NCBI GenBank assembly: GCA_903857825.1
Contig: CAIOGI010000003.1
Coordinates: 1-60,442, forward strand
Direction of reading: 5' to 3'
Length of the DNA: 60,442 bases
Source: Candidatus Tayloriibacteriota bacterium
Lineage (GTDB): Bacteria; Patescibacteriota; Minisyncoccia; Phycocordibacterales; PALSA-1337
Shown here: positions 42,943 through 53,736 of the stretch, piece by piece
Layout of the letters: each line of letters starts with the position of its first letter
Numbering within the stretch: the first letter of the stretch is position 1
Notes under the pieces: model-generated
What the model was told of the DNA's origin: nothing
Database searches by the model: none
The model's input: the letters and a program-made list of their open reading frames with translations, nothing else
Position numbers and translations under genes: made by a program

Positions 42943-45900
42943 TTACCTACTCAAATTAATAAATTGTTTAGTTAATGGTCCAAAGTATCCAGTAGATGGG
43001 ATCTTGTTGTCCTTCTGGAATTTCATAAGGGCTTTTTTTGTAAGAGAACCGAACATAGTAGTTTCCTGTCCTTTTGATCCTGGTCCTGTGTTTGCTAGAA
43101 TGTAGCCTTTGGAGTTTAGGAAGATTTGTAATTGTTTAACATCATTACCTGTTTGACCGAGTTGTAGATATCTAGAGAAGGTTGGAGTTTTATTAGTTAC
43201 TGGAGCAACTGCTTGATTTGGTATTACTATGTTGTATTGTTGAGCAATTTGATTAGCTAATGTTGTGTTACCCATAGCCAGGAGATTGTTTACTCGACTT
43301 TGGGCTGTACCACCACTGGATGAAGGACAAGGAACTCTAAATGTTAATGTATCTGAATTTGTAGTATTGCTATTGTTATCTGTAGCTATTACATACCATG
43401 TATGAGTGCCACATGATAGGTGGTTTGATAATGTTATGGAATTTGTGGTAGATGATATGTTGTCTGCATTTAGAGTATTATCAATATATAACTGATACTT
43501 TGATATTCCTGATTCTGTATCTGTACTTGCATTCCATACTAGAGTTAGTGGATTACTAACATTTGCATTATTTACTGGTGTAGATAGAGCAAATGATGAT
43601 GGTGAGGTAGTATCTGGAGTTACTGTAAATGTATGAGTAGAAAATCCTCCAGAATAAGTGAAAGTGATAGTTCCTGAATAGTCAGCAACACAGATACTAT
43701 TTGAACAGTCAGTACCTGTAATAGTGGTCGTTGTGGCACTATCACGGGTGATAATGTATGACTTGTTGGGAACTAAGTCGCCTACTGCAAATATTGCTTG
43801 AGTATTTGATACCGAGCTAGATGCCACCCACTCCTTGTGATATGAGCCAGAGGTTTGCCAGTCCTGTATAAACACGTCAAGAGAGCCATTATTAGCTGTT
43901 ACGGCCAGATTGACTGAGTCTGTATTAGTTGGAATAGATGAATATGAAACATAATCTGTTGATGATGCGGTGTTCGTTACATTTCTGAATATTGTGCTAT
44001 ATCCACGAAATACACTTACTGTAGATGATCCTGTGGTTGTGATGGGCTCAGCGAACGAATATGGCCTTATCCTTATTTCATCAATATACACTGTATCCGA
44101 GATGGAACCCGGAATATTCATTATTGGTCTGATCTTGGCTAGGTTGTCAAAGCTCCCATTCGTTGGAGTCGATGAAGCGTATAACAACGTGCTACTACTG
44201 TTATAAATTGAAAACGAGAATCTGGCTTGCGTCGGAGCCGTTGTAGATCCCACGAAGCCAACACTTACGCGATACCAAACATTTGCCTGATATAAAATAC
44301 CAGTGTCCTTGGAACTTCCATAACCAGACGAAATATTGAAACGGCCATTAGTACCCATTCCTAGCGCCGACGCATACGAGCTCTGTCCAGTGCCATAGAG
44401 ATACATATTGAATGCAGCCGCTGGGCTGCTCGAACTTCTCTTTATCCAATATTCAAGAGTTCCAGATGTCACTGGGACAGGGTATGTATTTGCACCAGTA
44501 AAGCCATAGCCGGAGACTGTGGAAGTGGAAGTAATACTCATTGCTTTAGAGTTCAAATAAGTGTCGCTACTTACAAAAGCTATCCTACCAGGACCTTCTC
44601 CTTGCCATATTTGATTTGGAGGTACGGTAGCGGATGATACTGGACTCACAAGGCTGTCAATTACCCCTGGCGGTGTAATTAAAAGACTTGTACTCCAGCG
44701 TGTCGTGGCGTCAGCTATGGCCTTGATGCTTTGTGTCGCATAATACAGATATATTGATCCAGTAGTGGTAGCCATCCTAGTTACATCATCAGTTAAAACC
44801 TGTGGAGTATCTAGATTAAGACCGTCGGAACCATCTGCTTTGGGAAATATCATAGTCCTTACAAATTGTCTGTCTGTACTCAAAAAATATGGGTCTTTTG
44901 TATCAACATACAAGTCCATGCGAGGAGCACCTGGCCCCACGCTACTAATTGATGGCACCATCAAATAAAACGCGTTGTTATATTTAAACACACCTGGACA
45001 AAAACGATTCTTGAAAGGATCACTGTTAATTCCACTGGATTGAAAGACAGGGCTACTGCTAGAGTTCCAATTAACGAGATCAGTACTTGTGGCAACTCCA
45101 ATTTCACGATTGTCCCACCCACTGTAATACATATAATATATTCCTCTATCTTTTATAACACTATCGCAAGCTTCAAAGTTACGAACTGAACCTTGACTAT
45201 CATAAAATACCGGATTAGCGGAGTCCCTTGTCCAAGTATATCCATCCGAAGAAGTGGCGTGGCTAATGGCTCTATAAATTGACGAGGTCCCGACACCAAA
45301 CATCATATGATATACAGACCCTTCTTTCCAAGCAATAGGAGGGCGTAGAGCATATTCATTAACACCCATTATGGTCGTGGTTCCAATGACAGGATTATTG
45401 GAATATCTAGTCCAACTGATACCATCAGTACTAGTAGCCAGTCCGATCAAACCCCTATTTGAACCATTTTCTCCCCAATAATACATTTTGTAACTATTAT
45501 CGCCATCCTTCAAAACATGTGCAAACGTGCTTGAGTTCTTGTCCCACGCACTAGTGCTAGCAATTTGTGGAACAAACACCGCTGCATTGCCATATGTAGG
45601 ATTTATATATGTATTTGGCCATTCTCCCGGATTATAATCAGTGCGTCCTGCGGGGTAATTTTCAAAACCATCATAGAAAGTCGAAAAAGTAGTAGTTCCA
45701 TTACTCGTATTAGTAGCCGAAGCGTTACCGTAATAGATATATACTGTAGTAGAAGCAATCGATGACACTTGTGACATTTTTACCCAAACTGTTGCTGCAT
45801 TATTTGTTGCATTCCAATTCTCTATCCACAGAGGAAGTGGGGTTATTTTATCTGAGCCTGTAACTCGAAGATCAGTGCCACTAGGTAATGTCTTGGAGAA

Positions 45901-46164
45901 ATCAATGAAGTTCGTGGCTGTTGATGATGTTCCTTGTAAAATGATCTGTGCAACATAATTAGATGTAGTAGTCGCTATAGTGCCTACTATAATTGGGGTT
46001 CTATAATCCCAACCCGTAAGCCAATCTGATACCGCAAAGGATTTTGTAGGCAAAACTAAGATTATAGATACAAAAAAAGAAATCGCCATCAAAAACAAAA
46101 CACCGAACTTTTTACTTCTATTTCCGAGCGAAGCCTTTACTCTCTCTCTCGTAACTGCTTTCAA
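42943..46164 (-). CDS. Large secreted multidomain protein (DUF2341-like N-domain, beta-propeller glycosidase-like region, LamG-like, Ig/Fn3-like, C-terminal peptidoglycan-binding domain)
   Basis: TTG start, signal/anchor FGVLFLMAISFFVSIILVLPTKSFA, then WLTGWDYRTPIIV. Several W/Y-rich propeller-like repeats. The C-terminal GQTGNDVKQLQIFLNSKGY...KKALMKFQKDNKIPSTGYFGPLT is PG_binding_1-like. Confidence 0.6.
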   Translation of the reverse strand: MKAVTRERVKASLGNRSKKFGVLFLMAISFFVSIILVLPTKSFAVSDWLTGWDYRTPIIVGTIATTTSNYVAQIILQGTSSTATNFIDFSKTLPSGTDLRVTGSDKITPLPLWIENWNATNNAATVWVKMSQVSSIASTTVYIYYGNASATNTSNGTTTFSTFYDGFENYPAGRTDYNPGEWPNTYINPTYGNAAVFVPQIASTSAWDKNSSTFAHVLKDGDNSYKMYYWGENGSNRGLIGLATSTDGISWTRYSNNPVIGTTTIMGVNEYALRPPIAWKEGSVYHMMFGVGTSSIYRAISHATSSDGYTWTRDSANPVFYDSQGSVRNFEACDSVIKDRGIYYMYYSGWDNREIGVATSTDLVNWNSSSSPVFQSSGINSDPFKNRFCPGVFKYNNAFYLMVPSISSVGPGAPRMDLYVDTKDPYFLSTDRQFVRTMIFPKADGSDGLNLDTPQVLTDDVTRMATTTGSIYLYYATQSIKAIADATTRWSTSLLITPPGVIDSLVSPVSSATVPPNQIWQGEGPGRIAFVSSDTYLNSKAMSITSTSTVSGYGFTGANTYPVPVTSGTLEYWIKRSSSSPAAAFNMYLYGTGQSSYASALGMGTNGRFNISSGYGSSKDTGILYQANVWYRVSVGFVGSTTAPTQARFSFSIYNSSSTLLYASSTPTNGSFDNLAKIRPIMNIPGSISDTVYIDEIRIRPYSFAEPITTTGSSTVSVFRGYSTIFRNVTNTASSTDYVSYSSIPTNTDSVNLAVTANNGSLDVFIQDWQTSGSYHKEWVASSSVSNTQAIFAVGDLVPNKSYIITRDSATTTTITGTDCSNSICVADYSGTITFTYSGGFSTHTFTVTPDTTSPSSFALSTPVNNANVSNPLTLVWNASTDTESGISKYQLYIDNTLNADNISSTTNSITLSNHLSCGTHTWYVIATDNNSNTTNSDTLTFRVPCPSSSGGTAQSRVNNLLAMGNTTLANQIAQQYNIVIPNQAVAPVTNKTPTFSRYLQLGQTGNDVKQLQIFLNSKGYILANTGPGSKGQETTMFGSLTKKALMKFQKDNKIPSTGYFGPLTKQFINLSR

Positions 46165-46292
46165 AATATTGTTTACTCATAAATAATGTATTAATTAGTA
46201 GTAGTATTATACACCAAAACCCACTATAGAACCCACCCCACAAATTTTGCAAATGTGGAAAAACAATGGAGTTATTTTTTATTTTAAATTAT

Positions 46293-49200
46293 TTATTTTT
46301 CCTCAGGCTTTATAAGCATTACGTACAGTAGTGGAACCGCAAACAACGTTAAGAATGATGAGAGTAGTAATCCGAATATCACAACACTGCCGAGCGCGGT
46401 CCATGTCTCATTTGAAAGAGTAATTGGTAGAATTCCAAATATGGTAGAGATAGATGTAATAGTGATCGCCTCAAGTCTAGACTTTCCCGCATCTATGATA
46501 GCTTCCACAAATGGGATACCAAACTTTATATTTAGATTCATTTTGTCGATAAGGATTATTGCGTTCTTCACGACGATTCCAAATAATGCGAGTATCCCTA
46601 TCAAACCAGGAAAACTCAGTGTAACATTTAGCAATGCCATACCGAAGAATACTCCTATTAGGGCCAGAGGAACAGTCACCAGGACGATTATTGTTTTTCT
46701 GAAAGAATTAAATTGAATCACCAGTGTAGAGATAATCAGCAATGCTGCTAGAAACATGGCGCGTATTATAGACATTACAGACTCTGTATTCTGTTCATTT
46801 TCTCCACCATAAATTATGCTATAGCCTTGTGGCATAACATACTCCTTAGCAACTTTTTTTGTAAAGTCTGCAACAACCTGATTTGAACTTGTCTTTGCGC
46901 CGATACTAGCTGAAAGTAGCACGGTTCTCTTTTGATCTACATGGGTAATAGCATTGACCGAGGGTATTAATTCTATATCTGCAATATCTTTTAGGTATAC
47001 AGCATTACCGAGAGGATTCAAGATCTGCGTATTCTGAATTGAAATTAGATCAGGTATCTTTTTTTCATCAAATTTAGCAATTATTTTTATTTCTTTATTG
47101 TCCCTTAACACTGTTGTCACCTCTGTGCCAGATATTGCTGTCCTGAGCGTAGAACCAACATAAGCAGAACTTAGTCTATACTCATTCATCTTTGCTTGAT
47201 CAAGTTTAAATGTGTATTCAGGCATTGTTTCTTTCAAAGATATGTCTGTACTTACAACACCATCAACAGAAGCCAGTATTGGCTCGAGATCATGAACAAT
47301 CTTATCAAGCATGGCTAGATCATTTCCTGAAACTCTAGCCTCAAAAGCTGCCCCACTTGGAGGACCACCTCTAGGTGCTTCTGCACTTACTTTTGCTTCG
47401 AAAATGTCTGCCATTTCCTTATTTATTTTTTCTGAAAGGACATAAGACTTCATTGATCTATCGTCTTTCAAAGAAACAACTATGGATGCGAGGTGAGATG
47501 AGGGAAGAGAACCTGGATTACCAACTATTGTGGAAAAATTAACGATATCGGTATATTTTAGTAATCTTTCTTCTACCTTTTTTACAACACCATCAGTTAC
47601 ATCCAGTTTTTGTCCTGGCGTACCTTCTATACTAATATAGATTGTCTCAAAGTCGGCCGCAGGGAAAAATTCGGAACGAACAATACCTGACACAGGCAGA
47701 GCTATAGCAATAATAAATAATATTCCTATATATATAACAGACTTCCTTCTATTTTCTTTAATAGTAATAATTTTCCTAAGATATTTTTCATAAATAGGCA
47801 GAACTCTATTCATATGAAACATGCCATGGATAAGGCGTCCAGCGAAACTATCATTCTCATGAGAACTCTGATCCTTTAACTTCTTTTTTATTAGTTCATC
47901 ACTTTTCCACTCCCCTTTACTCAAGATCTCATTTTGAATCATGATGCCCTTGCCACCCTTTTCATACCAGGAAACCATCCAAATCATTACTCCTACAAGG
48001 ATAATAGCAAAAATGAATGAAACCACTCCGCCTGTGTAGAACAAAATAGCCGATACGATCAGTAAAGATATTTCTATTAAGTAGAAGAATTTTCTTGTTA
48101 ATCTTATTCTCTCCAGCACAGCCGCAAGTGGATGATTCACCATCAATGCTATTAGCAGAGAACCTATCAAAGTTACAGATACAGTAATAGGTATAGACTT
48201 TATGAACTGTCCCATTATTCCTGTAGCCAAGAGCAAAGGCATGAAAGCCCAAACCGTTGTTAATGTCGTTGTAGTTAGAACAACTTTAAAGTCATTTAGC
48301 ACCAGAAGTACGGCCTCCTCGGGTGTGTACTTCCCAGTCTTCATGTATTGTTTAGTTGCAGAGACGACCACTATTGCATCGTCAACAAGGAGACCGAGCG
48401 AAAGAATTAAAGAAAATAATGAAAGAAAATTAAGAGTAATGCCAGTCATCTGCATGACACCGAATGTCAAGAAAAACACCAATGGTATTGCCAGAGCTGC
48501 TACAAATGCCTCTTTCAAGCCCACAACAAGAAACAATATACCACCAACAAGTATCAAGGTGAGCAAGAAGTCATGTGATAATTGTTTGAAATCACTATCA
48601 ATACCCTTTGCAAGATTCGAGGTCGCATCATACTTTATTCCCTCTGGGAAGGTTTTTAGAAGATTATCTACTATTTCTTTTGACTGTTTAACAGTGTCTA
48701 TAATAGACCCACCGGTACGTTTAATAACACTCAACGTTATAGCATCCTCTGAAGGTTCACCAGCAATTGATAATCTCGAGTAAATAGTCTTCTTGATCGC
48801 AGTTTCTGAAACATTTGCAATATCACGTAAAGCCACAACACTTCCTCCCGCCGTTCTCGACACAGGTAATTCACCTAGTGACTTGGCATCATAAAATCTT
48901 CCATCTGATCTAATGGCATAATTATAAACCTCTCCTTCAAAGTTTCCTGCGGGGATACCTAGGTTTGCAAGCTTAATAGCTTGATTCGCAGCATCAATAG
49001 AAACACCATAGAAAATTAATTTACTTGGATCATACTCTACTCTAAATTCTTTTTCATCTCCCCCAGAAAGTCTCACCTCACGAACTCCAGAGATCTTTTC
49101 TATTTCATCTCTTATTGTTTCCGCATATTCCCTCATTGCGAAGCCATTATATGGACCGGTTATAGATATTGACCATATAGGTGTATCGTCAAAGGATATT

Positions 49201-49661
49201 TCATTTACCACCGACTCACTTGCATCAGTGGGTAAATCATTTTTTACTGAAGTCACTTTGTCACGAAGCTTTCTTATTGAATCATTCAAGTCCTGATTTG
49301 CCTCAAACTCCACAGTGATGGCTGAAAAAGAATTTGCCGAGCTAGAACTGAGCTTTTTTATACCTTGCAAACTAGATATAGATGTTTCTAGCTTCTTCGT
49401 GACCAGTTCTTCTATGTCCGCAGGCGATGCCCCAGAGTAAACAGTACTCACAACTGCGATCGGTATTTTTACTTCTGGATTTGACTCTCTTGGTAAGATT
49501 GAGAACGAGTAAATACCCCAAGCAGATATAAGAAAGATTATTAAAGCTACAACTCTAAAGTTTGTAACAAAGAAGCTAAGCCAAGATTTACGTAAATCTG
49601 GATTAAATTCTAGTTTTTCCAAATATTTTAAATCTGAATTTTGATTATTATTTTCACTCAT
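46293..49661 (-). CDS. RND-family efflux transporter permease (AcrB-like) with an extra two-helix insertion
   Basis: 1122 aa. Typical RND N-terminus FFVTNFRVVALIIFLI, DDAIVVV, and two large loop domains. A ~85-aa insert with two extra hydrophobic helices follows TM6. Confidence 0.85.
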   Translation of the reverse strand: MSENNNQNSDLKYLEKLEFNPDLRKSWLSFFVTNFRVVALIIFLISAWGIYSFSILPRESNPEVKIPIAVVSTVYSGASPADIEELVTKKLETSISSLQGIKKLSSSSANSFSAITVEFEANQDLNDSIRKLRDKVTSVKNDLPTDASESVVNEISFDDTPIWSISITGPYNGFAMREYAETIRDEIEKISGVREVRLSGGDEKEFRVEYDPSKLIFYGVSIDAANQAIKLANLGIPAGNFEGEVYNYAIRSDGRFYDAKSLGELPVSRTAGGSVVALRDIANVSETAIKKTIYSRLSIAGEPSEDAITLSVIKRTGGSIIDTVKQSKEIVDNLLKTFPEGIKYDATSNLAKGIDSDFKQLSHDFLLTLILVGGILFLVVGLKEAFVAALAIPLVFFLTFGVMQMTGITLNFLSLFSLILSLGLLVDDAIVVVSATKQYMKTGKYTPEEAVLLVLNDFKVVLTTTTLTTVWAFMPLLLATGIMGQFIKSIPITVSVTLIGSLLIALMVNHPLAAVLERIRLTRKFFYLIEISLLIVSAILFYTGGVVSFIFAIILVGVMIWMVSWYEKGGKGIMIQNEILSKGEWKSDELIKKKLKDQSSHENDSFAGRLIHGMFHMNRVLPIYEKYLRKIITIKENRRKSVIYIGILFIIAIALPVSGIVRSEFFPAADFETIYISIEGTPGQKLDVTDGVVKKVEERLLKYTDIVNFSTIVGNPGSLPSSHLASIVVSLKDDRSMKSYVLSEKINKEMADIFEAKVSAEAPRGGPPSGAAFEARVSGNDLAMLDKIVHDLEPILASVDGVVSTDISLKETMPEYTFKLDQAKMNEYRLSSAYVGSTLRTAISGTEVTTVLRDNKEIKIIAKFDEKKIPDLISIQNTQILNPLGNAVYLKDIADIELIPSVNAITHVDQKRTVLLSASIGAKTSSNQVVADFTKKVAKEYVMPQGYSIIYGGENEQNTESVMSIIRAMFLAALLIISTLVIQFNSFRKTIIVLVTVPLALIGVFFGMALLNVTLSFPGLIGILALFGIVVKNAIILIDKMNLNIKFGIPFVEAIIDAGKSRLEAITITSISTIFGILPITLSNETWTALGSVVIFGLLLSSFLTLFAVPLLYVMLIKPEEK

Positions 49662-49673
49662 TTTTATTTGAAA

Positions 49674-51245
49674 TTAATTTGTTTTAACCCTTACACTAGC
49701 TCCATCTTTTAGTCCAATTATAGGGGTGACTATATTCATTCCCTTTTCAATACCCTCTATCACTTTTATACTCTCTCCATACACTTCACCAAGCTTAACA
49801 TCATGAGCGACTACAGTTTGCATTGAAACATCATCCGTTGTAGTTGCCAATGTATAAACATGAGCTCCAGAATTTGATATATTTACTGAAGAAATTGGTA
49901 AAGTATAAACTGAATCAGTAGTTGTCGAAACAGAATATATCTTTACATTTGAAATGCCACCAATAACAAGATTTGTATTTACATCACTAACAGCAATTCT
50001 TATCTCCACTTTTTTTGTCTGTGTATCAACACTTGGAGATATTCTAGAAATTATCGCCTTATACTTGTCATCAATCAAAACCCTATCACCCTCTTTCACA
50101 TATGAAGCATCTTCACTAGAAATATATCCCTTCAACTCTAAACCATCATCGTTAACAACTCCAGCTATAATGGCATTTGGAGAAACAAGATCACCAACAC
50201 GGAATGGCAAAACTGACACACTACCACTTATGGGTGATACTATTACTGATTTATTATATACAGATTGAACACCTTGAAGTGCAGCTTGCGCTTGTGAGAC
50301 AGAAGCTTCTGCTAAAACTAGCTGCTCCGTAGTAGCACCAGCCTTTTTTAGTGATAGGTTATCACCGGAAACTTTCCAAGCTGACACCGCTCCTGAATAC
50401 GCCGCTGACGCGCCATTTACCTGCATTTGTGCCCCACTTACAGCATTTCTATAACCATCTATTGTCGACTGAACCATGCCAGAATTTCCAACTGAAAGGT
50501 CCCCGATTATATTTGCCAAAGTATCAAAGTAGTTTTTTGAATAACTAATAATAGCTGAAATTTCTGCTTCACTTTCTCTTGTTATATTATCACCCAAAAA
50601 GAATTTTCCTTTCCATAATTTCATCTGTTCACCGAGTCTTAATCTTTTAAAATTAATATCTTGTTGAATTGCCCTGCTCTCTGTTCTTACTATTAAGTCT
50701 GGATTTACAGAAGCTGCATTTGTAAATAAAATATCAGTTTTGTTTCTGGTTGCGTCTTCAATTTTCGTATACGCATCTCGAACTGCATTATTCATATCTC
50801 GCTCAGCATTTTTATATTGTTGCTCATAGATAGTCATCTCTTCTGCCCTTGTACCCTTTTTAGTATCAGCTAGTCTTGCCTCAGCAGAAGCTAGATTTGC
50901 TCTTGCCTGAGAAACTTGTGCGACAATATCATCGTTCTTCAAAACAAGAAGTGTTTGACCAGCATAAACAGCATCACCAATACCAACATTCAAACTCTGA
51001 ACAGGAGCTGATATTTGAGCCCTTATCTCTATCTGTCCTTTAGATTCTATCGTAGCATTTGTATCGATTTGTCTTATGTTTCCAAGATAATCGTCTACTG
51101 AAATCAATGATACCAATGATTTATACTCTGCAACCTTATCTAGAGAATTATTATTTCTAAAGACTCTCGGAAGTATGATCGCTAGAAGTATTATGATTCC
51201 ACCAAATATATACATTATTTTTTTGTGATTTTTGAAATATGACAT
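49674..51245 (-). CDS. Efflux adaptor (HlyD/MFP family), long form
   Basis: N-terminal TM, lipoyl-like motif VGIGDAVYAGQTLLVL, a long coiled-coil, and beta-barrel domains. Confidence 0.7.
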   Translation of the reverse strand: MSYFKNHKKIMYIFGGIIILLAIILPRVFRNNNSLDKVAEYKSLVSLISVDDYLGNIRQIDTNATIESKGQIEIRAQISAPVQSLNVGIGDAVYAGQTLLVLKNDDIVAQVSQARANLASAEARLADTKKGTRAEEMTIYEQQYKNAERDMNNAVRDAYTKIEDATRNKTDILFTNAASVNPDLIVRTESRAIQQDINFKRLRLGEQMKLWKGKFFLGDNITRESEAEISAIISYSKNYFDTLANIIGDLSVGNSGMVQSTIDGYRNAVSGAQMQVNGASAAYSGAVSAWKVSGDNLSLKKAGATTEQLVLAEASVSQAQAALQGVQSVYNKSVIVSPISGSVSVLPFRVGDLVSPNAIIAGVVNDDGLELKGYISSEDASYVKEGDRVLIDDKYKAIISRISPSVDTQTKKVEIRIAVSDVNTNLVIGGISNVKIYSVSTTTDSVYTLPISSVNISNSGAHVYTLATTTDDVSMQTVVAHDVKLGEVYGESIKVIEGIEKGMNIVTPIIGLKDGASVRVKTN

Positions 51246-51251
51246 ATAATT

Positions 51252-51794
51252 TTATTTATTTTTTTCTAAAAGTTGTGATAAGTATTTCGCATAATCTCGT
51301 GGCTTGACTGACATGTTATGACAAGAAGATTTTATAGTGTAGGCATGAATGGCATTTAGTGTAACTTCCGCGGCTACTTGGGGCTGCCCTACGCCTGCAT
51401 CCTTGCATATTTTCCTAAAAAGATCCTGCACATCTGAAATACCTCGATGTATTTCAGAAAGACCTTTTGATGATTTGTTTATCGAATCTGTATCTAAAAT
51501 ATAGGCTATTATGCTATCTTTAGAACTAATTATTATTAATTTTTCAATTATCTCTACAAAATTGTATTTCTTAACTTTTTCAACGTCCTCAAGGTAAGAA
51601 AGAATATTATCTAAAGCTTTTCGCATTATCTCAAAGTATAAGTGCTCTTTATCCTCAAAAAAGTAATAAAGTGAAGCTTTATTTATACCAACCTTCGAGC
51701 TGATATCTGACATTGAGGTTGAATCATAGCCCTTTTTCATGAATAATTCCCTAGATACTTTTAATATTTTATCTTTTGTTTTGTCTGTTGGCAT
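51252..51794 (-). CDS. TetR/AcrR-family transcriptional regulator
   Basis: ILKVSRELFMKKGYDSTSMSDISSKVGINKASLYYFF is the TetR HTH. First gene of the MFP-RND operon. Confidence 0.8.
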   Translation of the reverse strand: MPTDKTKDKILKVSRELFMKKGYDSTSMSDISSKVGINKASLYYFFEDKEHLYFEIMRKALDNILSYLEDVEKVKKYNFVEIIEKLIIISSKDSIIAYILDTDSINKSSKGLSEIHRGISDVQDLFRKICKDAGVGQPQVAAEVTLNAIHAYTIKSSCHNMSVKPRDYAKYLSQLLEKNK

Positions 51795-51820
51795 GTATTT
51801 TAATATAATTGATAAGACAC

Positions 51821-51838
51821 CTACCGAACGTTAGGTAG
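51821..51838. promoter_or_regulatory. Candidate TetR operator (18-bp palindrome) over the -35 region of the tetR operon promoter
   Basis: CTACCGAAC|GTTAGGTAG matches 8 of 9 positions per half-site. It lies 14-31 nt upstream of a TATATT box that ends 7 nt before the tetR ATG. Confidence 0.55.
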
Positions 51839-51940
51839 TCATCATAGCACACATTCAGTGAAATATTCAACTAGATATAATATCCCCCTCAGTTCTCATG
51901 GGAAGTTCCGTCCAAAAATTCTTTGTGTTGCAAAGAGTTT

Positions 51941-53311
51941 CTACCCCAACTCATACCTCTTCAATCTCTCCGGATACATGGCCTCAAGTCCTAGATTATC
52001 TCTTATCTTCTGCGCTAGAAACAGTGAAGCTTTCGGCTCGCCCATAGCCACGAATATTTTCTTTATACTGTCTTGTGCTGTGGCAACAAACTCTACCAAA
52101 TGGTCTGAGTCCTTATGTGAAGAATATCCCAAAATTGTTTCTATTTTTGCCCTTACTGGTATGTCATTTCCATGTATAGATACCTTTTTATCTCCATCGA
52201 GTAAATGCCTACCTATTGATCCTAAGGTCTGATATCCGACAAGCAAAATTGTATTTTTTGAATCTGGTAAATATATCCCTTCATGATGCACCACCCTGCC
52301 CCCGATAGACATGCCTGAGCCGGCGAGAATAATCTTTGGTGACTTTGAATGATCTATATCTTTTGACTCTTGCATACTTACAGTGAATGATAGTTTTGGA
52401 AAACTAAATATGTCATCACCTCCCTTTATTTCCCCCTGAGCGATCTTATTGAAAAGATATGTACTAGACTTGTATACTTCAGTTATACGCGTAGCCAAAG
52501 GTGAATCGACATATACAGGTATAGACGGCACAGCTTTTGTTTCAATTAATTTATTCAACTCATAAAGAATGACCTGTGTCCTCTCTAAAGAAAAAGCAGG
52601 AATAACCAAAGTACCATTTTTTTGTATAATATCCTTTATTACTTGGGCAAGCTTTCCTCTTCTTTCATCTTTTGATTCATGATTTCTATCACCATATACA
52701 CTTTCCATAATCACATAGTCAGCTCCAGTTATAGGCTCAGTGTCTTGTAGTAGTGGTGTAGGTGTATTACCAAGGTCACCAGTAAACACAATCTTTTTCC
52801 CATCGTAAGTGAACTGTATCATTGATGAACCGAGTATATGCCCCGCATCTCTAAGATAAACAGAAAATCCCTCTGAAAAAGGTGTTTCTGTATGATACGG
52901 AATAGTCTTCCACAAAGTCATAGCTTTTCTCAAGTCTTGTGCCTCGTATAAAGGTAAAATACCTTCATTTGTCGCCTCCTTTTCTAGCAATCCTACGGCG
53001 TCTTCCAATATAAGTCCTGCTAGAGCCATTGTTTCTGAGGTCGAATATATGACACCTTGAAATCCATCTTTAACAAGTTTTGGTATACGACCAACATGAT
53101 CAAGATGTGCATGTGTCACAAAAAGTATATCTATATCAGCAGGATCGTATACGAAATCTTCCCTGTTCTCCACCTGGGATATTTTATCACCCTGAATCAA
53201 TCCGCAATCTACTAGAATCTTCGTAGTCTTCTCTCCATTTGAAAGCTCAAAAAGAAAATTCGCTCCCGTAACACTTCCTACTCCACTACAGAATGTTAAA
53301 TTTATACTCAT
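51941..53311 (-). CDS. MBL-fold beta-CASP hydrolase (RNA-metabolising type)
   Basis: FVTHAHLDHVGRIP with beta-CASP-type later motifs (GDLG, ESVYGD, SSHKD). 456 aa. Confidence 0.7.
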   Translation of the reverse strand: MSINLTFCSGVGSVTGANFLFELSNGEKTTKILVDCGLIQGDKISQVENREDFVYDPADIDILFVTHAHLDHVGRIPKLVKDGFQGVIYSTSETMALAGLILEDAVGLLEKEATNEGILPLYEAQDLRKAMTLWKTIPYHTETPFSEGFSVYLRDAGHILGSSMIQFTYDGKKIVFTGDLGNTPTPLLQDTEPITGADYVIMESVYGDRNHESKDERRGKLAQVIKDIIQKNGTLVIPAFSLERTQVILYELNKLIETKAVPSIPVYVDSPLATRITEVYKSSTYLFNKIAQGEIKGGDDIFSFPKLSFTVSMQESKDIDHSKSPKIILAGSGMSIGGRVVHHEGIYLPDSKNTILLVGYQTLGSIGRHLLDGDKKVSIHGNDIPVRAKIETILGYSSHKDSDHLVEFVATAQDSIKKIFVAMGEPKASLFLAQKIRDNLGLEAMYPERLKRYELG

Positions 53312-53312
53312 T

Positions 53313-53693
53313 TTATTTATTTTTAATAGCTAAATATACAATAATCGAACCAATGACATCATTAAACAAATCCTTGATTGTATCTATGTAGTAAGGTGTA
53401 GTCCAAACCTTTGACCCAGTTAAATTGAAAATCACTTCGAAAGCTTCCCAAGCGAGACCTGCTATGAAGGTGAGTGCTATTATTCTGCTTAGTTTTCCCT
53501 TAATCAATTCAATATTAAAAAACACGGCAACGCTGTATACGGACATAGCTATACCGACACCACCGAGTATGTGCAAAATAATGTCATAAAACCAAAATCT
53601 TATATATAGATCATGTTCCATACCATACAAGTGTAAGACCAACATCGCTGCTAAAATGATAATGGTTGCTATTGAAATTTTTATATTTTGCAT
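53313..53693 (-). CDS. Small integral membrane protein (4 TM)
   Basis: 126-aa hydrophobic ORF. TGGTATAAT (53710-53702) ends 8 nt before its ATG. Confidence 0.45.
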   Translation of the reverse strand: MQNIKISIATIIILAAMLVLHLYGMEHDLYIRFWFYDIILHILGGVGIAMSVYSVAVFFNIELIKGKLSRIIALTFIAGLAWEAFEVIFNLTGSKVWTTPYYIDTIKDLFNDVIGSIIVYLAIKNK

Positions 53694-53736
53694 GTTTAAC
53701 TATTATACCAGAACCAACAAAAAACACCTGTCTTAC

